NCBI GenBank assembly: GCA_034440375.1
Contig: JAWXBZ010000068.1
Span: 1-12,242 of the forward strand
DNA length: 12,242 nucleotides
Source: Candidatus Eiseniibacteriota bacterium
GTDB taxonomy: Bacteria > Eisenbacteria > RBG-16-71-46 > JABDJR01 > JAWXBZ01
Direction: 5' to 3'
The position numbers and the translations under genes were made by a program. Positions 8,840 through 12,242 of the stretch are shown here, piece after piece. The notes beneath the pieces are model-generated. The model ran no database searches. It worked only from the letters and a program-made list of their open reading frames with translations, and was not told where the DNA came from. The stretch's first letter is position 1; each line of letters starts with the position of its first letter.

Positions 8840-10826
8840 CGTGCGTGTCGAAGATCTGCGCGTCCATTTCCTTGACCTCCTCGTACCGCTTGCGGGCCAC
8901 CTGAAGGCGGTTGCCCAATTCCCCGAATCGCCGCTTGGCCTGCACCGTTCCGGTCGAGCCGGCCCATATCTTGAATACGGTGTCCTCGAAGGTGTTTTCC
9001 TCGGAGAAATGGCCGAGGATCATGTCCATCTCACCGATGACCAGCTCGAACATGTTGATCTTCCGGTGCAGGATTTCCAGAACGTAGGATTCGACGGTCT
9101 CTTCACTCGCAAAATTGATGATATTGATATCCCGGGTCTGGCCAAGGCGATGAACGCGACCGATCCGCTGCTCCACTTTCATCGGATTCCAGGGCAGGTC
9201 CCAGTTGACCACCGTCTGGCAGAACTGGAGATTGCGCCCCTCCCCGCCGGCCTCGGTTGAGATGAGAATGCGCGATCGCTCGCGAAAATCGTCGATGGCG
9301 GATTCCTTCTCACCGGCCGTCAGGTTCCCGTGGAACAGGACTGTTGAGTGACCATCGGCCCTCAGATGCTCGTCCAGGTACTCGAGCGTCGAACGGAACT
9401 GGGTGAAGACGATGACCTTGTCCCGCACCTTCTGGACAACTTCCTTCAGCCCCCCCAGCTTGGCGCTGTCGCCGGCCATGCTGGCCAGTTCGAGGAGCCG
9501 ATCAATGTCCTCCCATTCGCCGCGATACCGGGCGTCGGCCCGTGCGCGCTCCAGTGTCTTCCTGGCGGCGCGGGTCGAGCTGCCGATTTCCTTTTGCAGG
9601 ACCATGGCCACGAAGTGCCACCTCGGCAGGTCGGTTCCACGCGCGGCGGCCACCCGGCGTCGAACAAACTCGGTGACGCCATCGTACAGGGCCCGTTCCG
9701 GGGGGCTGAGCGCGAAGGTCATCGTCTGAACCCGCCTCTTCGGAAACTGGATGGCGGTGCTCGCGCGGGTCGTGCGGATCATCACCTTCTGCAACAGCTG
9801 CGAGAGGTCGGCGGTGTTTCGAGGCAGCCGCTTGTCGCCCCGGATCATGAAGTTCCTCCGGAAGCTGCGATAAGTGCCGAGCGTTCCGGGCTTGAGGAGA
9901 GTGACCAGGTTGTACAGCTCGCGCAGGTCGTTCTGGACCGGCGTGGCCGTCAAGAGCAGGAGGTAGCGCGCCGTGATCTGGCTGACGAACTTCCAGGCCA
10001 GTGTCTGGTGATTGCGCAGTCGGTGCGCTTCATCGACGATGATCATGTCGTAGCGCCCCTTGAGGATCTGATCCCGATTCCGGGTCATCTTGGCCGTGTC
10101 AAGGCTGGCGATGATGAACGGTGCTTCGCTCCACCCTTCCCGACGTCCATGGACGGCAAAATTCAGATGCAGTTTGTTGAGAAGCTCTTCGCGCCACTGG
10201 GTGGTCAGCGAGGCCGGCACCAGGATGAGCGCCCGGTGAACGAGACCGCGCATGATGTACTCCTTGAGCACGATCGAGGCCTCGATCGTCTTGCCAAGGC
10301 CGACCTCGTCGGCCAGGAGTGATCGCCCCTTCATGTCGCGCAGGACCCGCAGGCAGGCCTTGATCTGGTACGGAAATCGTTCGACCTCGTGCAGGTGATC
10401 CAGCGAGACGAGCTGATCGAATCCGCGCCGGAGCGAATGCTCGGCGGCCTTCAGGTGCAGGCGATACGGCTCGATCCCGTCCAGTGACGGTTCGCGCAGC
10501 GCGTCAACGACCGACCAGCTCTCCGGTTCGAGCGTCAGGTAATCGAGGCCGACCAGCCGCTCTCGCGGGGCCCTGAGGCTTTTCACGCGGGCCTTTGCGG
10601 CCTCGGCGCTGCTCGGTCGTTTGCGCGCGGCGGCGGCCTCCTCCGTTTCCGGCGGGGCTGCCATCCGAATTTGCGGATGAATGCTCGATACCCGCTTCAC
10701 ACCGCTGGCAAACACGACCTCCAGAATGTCAAAAAACAGCCGATCCCGAATTTCAACGATCAGACCCTCGCCGAATTCGGCATGGAGGATCCGATCCCCT
10801 ATCTGGTAGCTCGTCCGTTCCGTCAC
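8826..10826 (-). CDS. SNF2-related helicase/ATPase (YqhH/RapA-like group) with an N-terminal Tudor-like domain
   Basis: Q motif FPYQ, motif I LLADEVGLGKT, Ia LILVPASLTTQW, II DEAH, III LTATPVQN, IV VIVFTQF, V STEAGGEGRNLQ and VI WNPMKVEQRIGRVHRLGQ. GTG start at 10826 with GAGGG just upstream. Confidence 0.94.
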   Translation of the reverse strand: MTERTSYQIGDRILHAEFGEGLIVEIRDRLFFDILEVVFASGVKRVSSIHPQIRMAAPPETEEAAAARKRPSSAEAAKARVKSLRAPRERLVGLDYLTLEPESWSVVDALREPSLDGIEPYRLHLKAAEHSLRRGFDQLVSLDHLHEVERFPYQIKACLRVLRDMKGRSLLADEVGLGKTIEASIVLKEYIMRGLVHRALILVPASLTTQWREELLNKLHLNFAVHGRREGWSEAPFIIASLDTAKMTRNRDQILKGRYDMIIVDEAHRLRNHQTLAWKFVSQITARYLLLLTATPVQNDLRELYNLVTLLKPGTLGTYRSFRRNFMIRGDKRLPRNTADLSQLLQKVMIRTTRASTAIQFPKRRVQTMTFALSPPERALYDGVTEFVRRRVAAARGTDLPRWHFVAMVLQKEIGSSTRAARKTLERARADARYRGEWEDIDRLLELASMAGDSAKLGGLKEVVQKVRDKVIVFTQFRSTLEYLDEHLRADGHSTVLFHGNLTAGEKESAIDDFRERSRILISTEAGGEGRNLQFCQTVVNWDLPWNPMKVEQRIGRVHRLGQTRDINIINFASEETVESYVLEILHRKINMFELVIGEMDMILGHFSEENTFEDTVFKIWAGSTGTVQAKRRFGELGNRLQVARKRYEEVKEMDAQIFDTHDENR

Positions 10827-10839
10827 GGTTCCCTCGCAC

Positions 10840-10878
10840 GAACTGCCATGGCGACACGCCCCGCCGATTGCGCAGTTC
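10840..10878. promoter_or_regulatory. Imperfect intergenic stem-loop between the beta-barrel gene and the Snf2 gene
   Basis: Outer arms GAACTGC (10840-10846) and GCAGTTC (10872-10878); inner arms GGCG (10850-10853) and CGCC (10862-10865). Confidence 0.4.
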
Positions 10879-10889
10879 TTCGATGCATG

Positions 10890-11549
10890 TCAACGAAGCA
10901 GGAAATAGTCGAGCCCGATCACGATCTGGCCCGTTACCGAAAAATCCCCCTCACCGTTCTCCGTCTCCCGGGGGCAGAGTCCCTTCCCCGACATTCCGTA
11001 TCCATGAAGGCCAAATTCAATTGCCCATGCCTGGGCCAGGAAAATCTCCGCCCCGACCCCGGCATGGATCATGAGCGCTTCCGCCGGAAAGCAGACATCC
11101 TCGCCGATCGAGGTACCGAACGTGTTGGGGCGCCGAACCTCGGGCCGGTAAAAGCCGGCCGTGAGTTCGAAATACCGGAGGACATCGCCACCCGGCGGAA
11201 CGCTGAAAAAGCGCGCGCCAACGTGAGCCGCCGTCATCGTCATGTCGATCAGCGTGTCGCCGCGCGCCTCAAAGGTCTGATTGTCGAAATACGCCACGAA
11301 TGCCGTCGAGCGGCTCATGTGGTATCGGAAATGGAGGCTGTAGCCGGCCCCCTTGCTGAAATCGAGCCCATAACGGCTGTTTCCCTCGATCAGCCCGTAC
11401 TGAAACCACCCGCCCAGGTTGTAGACGCCCTCGCGGTCCACCCGGCCGGCGGCCGCGACCGTCGATGTGTGGCCGACCGTCCCGATTACCAGGACGGCCA
11501 GGCTCATGCCGACGACACGGCCGGGAATCCCCCTCATCACTCTCAACAC
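10890..11549 (-). CDS. Outer membrane beta-barrel protein (small, probably 8-stranded OmpA/OmpW-like) with a signal peptide
   Basis: Signal-peptide-like N-terminus (RVMRGIPGRVVGMSLAVLVIGTVGHTSTVAA-A). Alternating beta-strand patterns (YSLHFRYHM, AHVGARFF, YFELTAGFY, IHAGVGAEIFL, WAIEFGLHGY) and a C-terminal strand IVIGLDYF. The start is GTG 11549 or TTG 11546 (SD AGAGG), or ATG 11537. The 11915 start in the ORF track overlaps xerD and is rejected. Confidence 0.78.
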   Translation of the reverse strand: MLRVMRGIPGRVVGMSLAVLVIGTVGHTSTVAAAGRVDREGVYNLGGWFQYGLIEGNSRYGLDFSKGAGYSLHFRYHMSRSTAFVAYFDNQTFEARGDTLIDMTMTAAHVGARFFSVPPGGDVLRYFELTAGFYRPEVRRPNTFGTSIGEDVCFPAEALMIHAGVGAEIFLAQAWAIEFGLHGYGMSGKGLCPRETENGEGDFSVTGQIVIGLDYFLLR

Positions 11550-11562
11550 ATCAACCTCTTCC

Positions 11563-12242
11563 TCAAGCCCGCGGGTGAAACGAACGATGGACCTCGCGCA
11601 GGTAATCGCGATCCACCTGGGTGTAGATCTGCGTCGTTGTAATGGAGGCATGGCCGAGGAGTTCCTGCACGACGCGCAGGTCCGCGCCCCCTTCGAGCAT
11701 GTGCGTGGCAAACGAGTGGCGGAGCGTATGGGGATGAAGGTCCCGTTCGACGCCCGCATCCCGGGCATGCCCCTTGAGAATTTTCCAGAATCCCATGCGC
11801 GACAGGCGCCCCCCTCGCTGGTTGATGAAGATGGTCGGAGGAGCCGGCCCGCCTTTTCGAAGCATCGCCTCGCGACCATCCACGAGCCAGGCTGAAAGCG
11901 CATGAGCGGAGGCACCGCCCAGAGGCAGTACCCGCTCGCGCGATCCCTTCCCCACGACCCGAATGAAGAGACTCTCGAGATCGAGCCGGTCGAGAGTCAG
12001 TTCCAGCAGTTCCGACACCCGGAGCCCCAGGCCATACATCAGTTCGAGCATGGCCCGGTCGCGCCGGGCGGGTGGCGCATCGCCGGCGGGCGCCGTGACA
12101 AGCCGGCGCGCCTCATCGACCGTGAGGACACGTGGTAGACGCCGCCCCTGCCGCGGCCCGGGCAACGATTCGGCCGGATCGCGCCGGACGAGGCCCCCAC
12201 GAACGGCGAAGCCGTAGAAACTGCGCAGCGCCGCCACGCGGC
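11563..12242 (-). CDS. xerD: Site-specific tyrosine recombinase XerD, 5'-truncated by the window edge
   Basis: RDRAMLELMYGLGLRVSEL (catalytic R), GKGSRERVLP (K), HPHTLRHSFATHMLEGGADLRVVQELLGH (H-x-x-R, H), TTQIYTQV (Y) and a C-terminal HPRA. SRMGFWKILK resembles the XerD-type 'RQGFW' segment more than XerC. Confidence 0.9.
   Translation of the reverse strand, partial: RVAALRSFYGFAVRGGLVRRDPAESLPGPRQGRRLPRVLTVDEARRLVTAPAGDAPPARRDRAMLELMYGLGLRVSELLELTLDRLDLESLFIRVVGKGSRERVLPLGGASAHALSAWLVDGREAMLRKGGPAPPTIFINQRGGRLSRMGFWKILKGHARDAGVERDLHPHTLRHSFATHMLEGGADLRVVQELLGHASITTTQIYTQVDRDYLREVHRSFHPRA

Noticed and set aside
7763-10826. Snf2 gene as part of an anti-phage system (DISARM, Zorya, BREX or restriction-modification associated)
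   Set aside because: No methylase, nuclease, PLD or DUF1998-type gene is adjacent. The neighbours look like housekeeping genes and base composition is uniform.
5250-11642. Alternative long ORFs 5250-6434 (-), 5792-6715 (+), 7562-8530 (+), 9348-10322 (+), 10671-11642 (+)
   Set aside because: They overlap better-supported genes, have Arg/Pro/Gly-rich shadow composition and show no family motifs.
11550-11915. N-terminal extension of the beta-barrel ORF to 11915
   Set aside because: It overlaps the xerD catalytic region in another frame. A signal peptide and SD appear only after the xerD stop.
4510-12242. Integrated element (prophage, IMEX or genomic island) bounded by dif and the tyrosine recombinase
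   Set aside because: The recombinase has chromosomal XerD signatures. There is no second att/dif copy and no phage, replication or conjugation gene in the window. A boundary beyond the right edge cannot be excluded.
1-12242. tRNA, rRNA, CRISPR array, IS element or T-box leader for leuS
   Set aside because: The intergenic gaps are short (at most about 140 bp) and show no cloverleaf, spaced repeats or terminal inverted repeats. leuS has no leader because it overlaps the upstream gene.

Overview
GC-rich bacterial chromosomal DNA, probably from a diderm (it encodes an outer-membrane beta-barrel). No prophage, IS, CRISPR or RNA gene is recognisable. Plus-strand block: a 5'-truncated prolyl oligopeptidase (S9A) coupled by an ATGA overlap to leuS, then a GT-C-like polytopic membrane protein. 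Converging minus-strand block, read from the right end: xerD (5'-truncated), outer-membrane beta-barrel protein, YqhH/RapA-group Snf2 ATPase, overlapping YqhG-like partner, YfgM-like TPR protein, Hsp33 (hslO). The strongest non-coding signal is a 28-bp dif (XerCD) site at 4510-4537, the only strongly AT-rich patch in the window. KOPS-like GGGNAGGG octamers mostly point towards it and xerD lies about 7 kb away, so the window probably spans the chromosome dimer-resolution/terminus locus. The best candidate for an undescribed system is the Snf2 ATPase, which carries an N-terminal PcrA/UvrD-type Tudor domain (RNA polymerase-binding in those helicases), together with its overlapping YqhG-like partner. 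All family calls come from motif recognition by eye; no searches were run.
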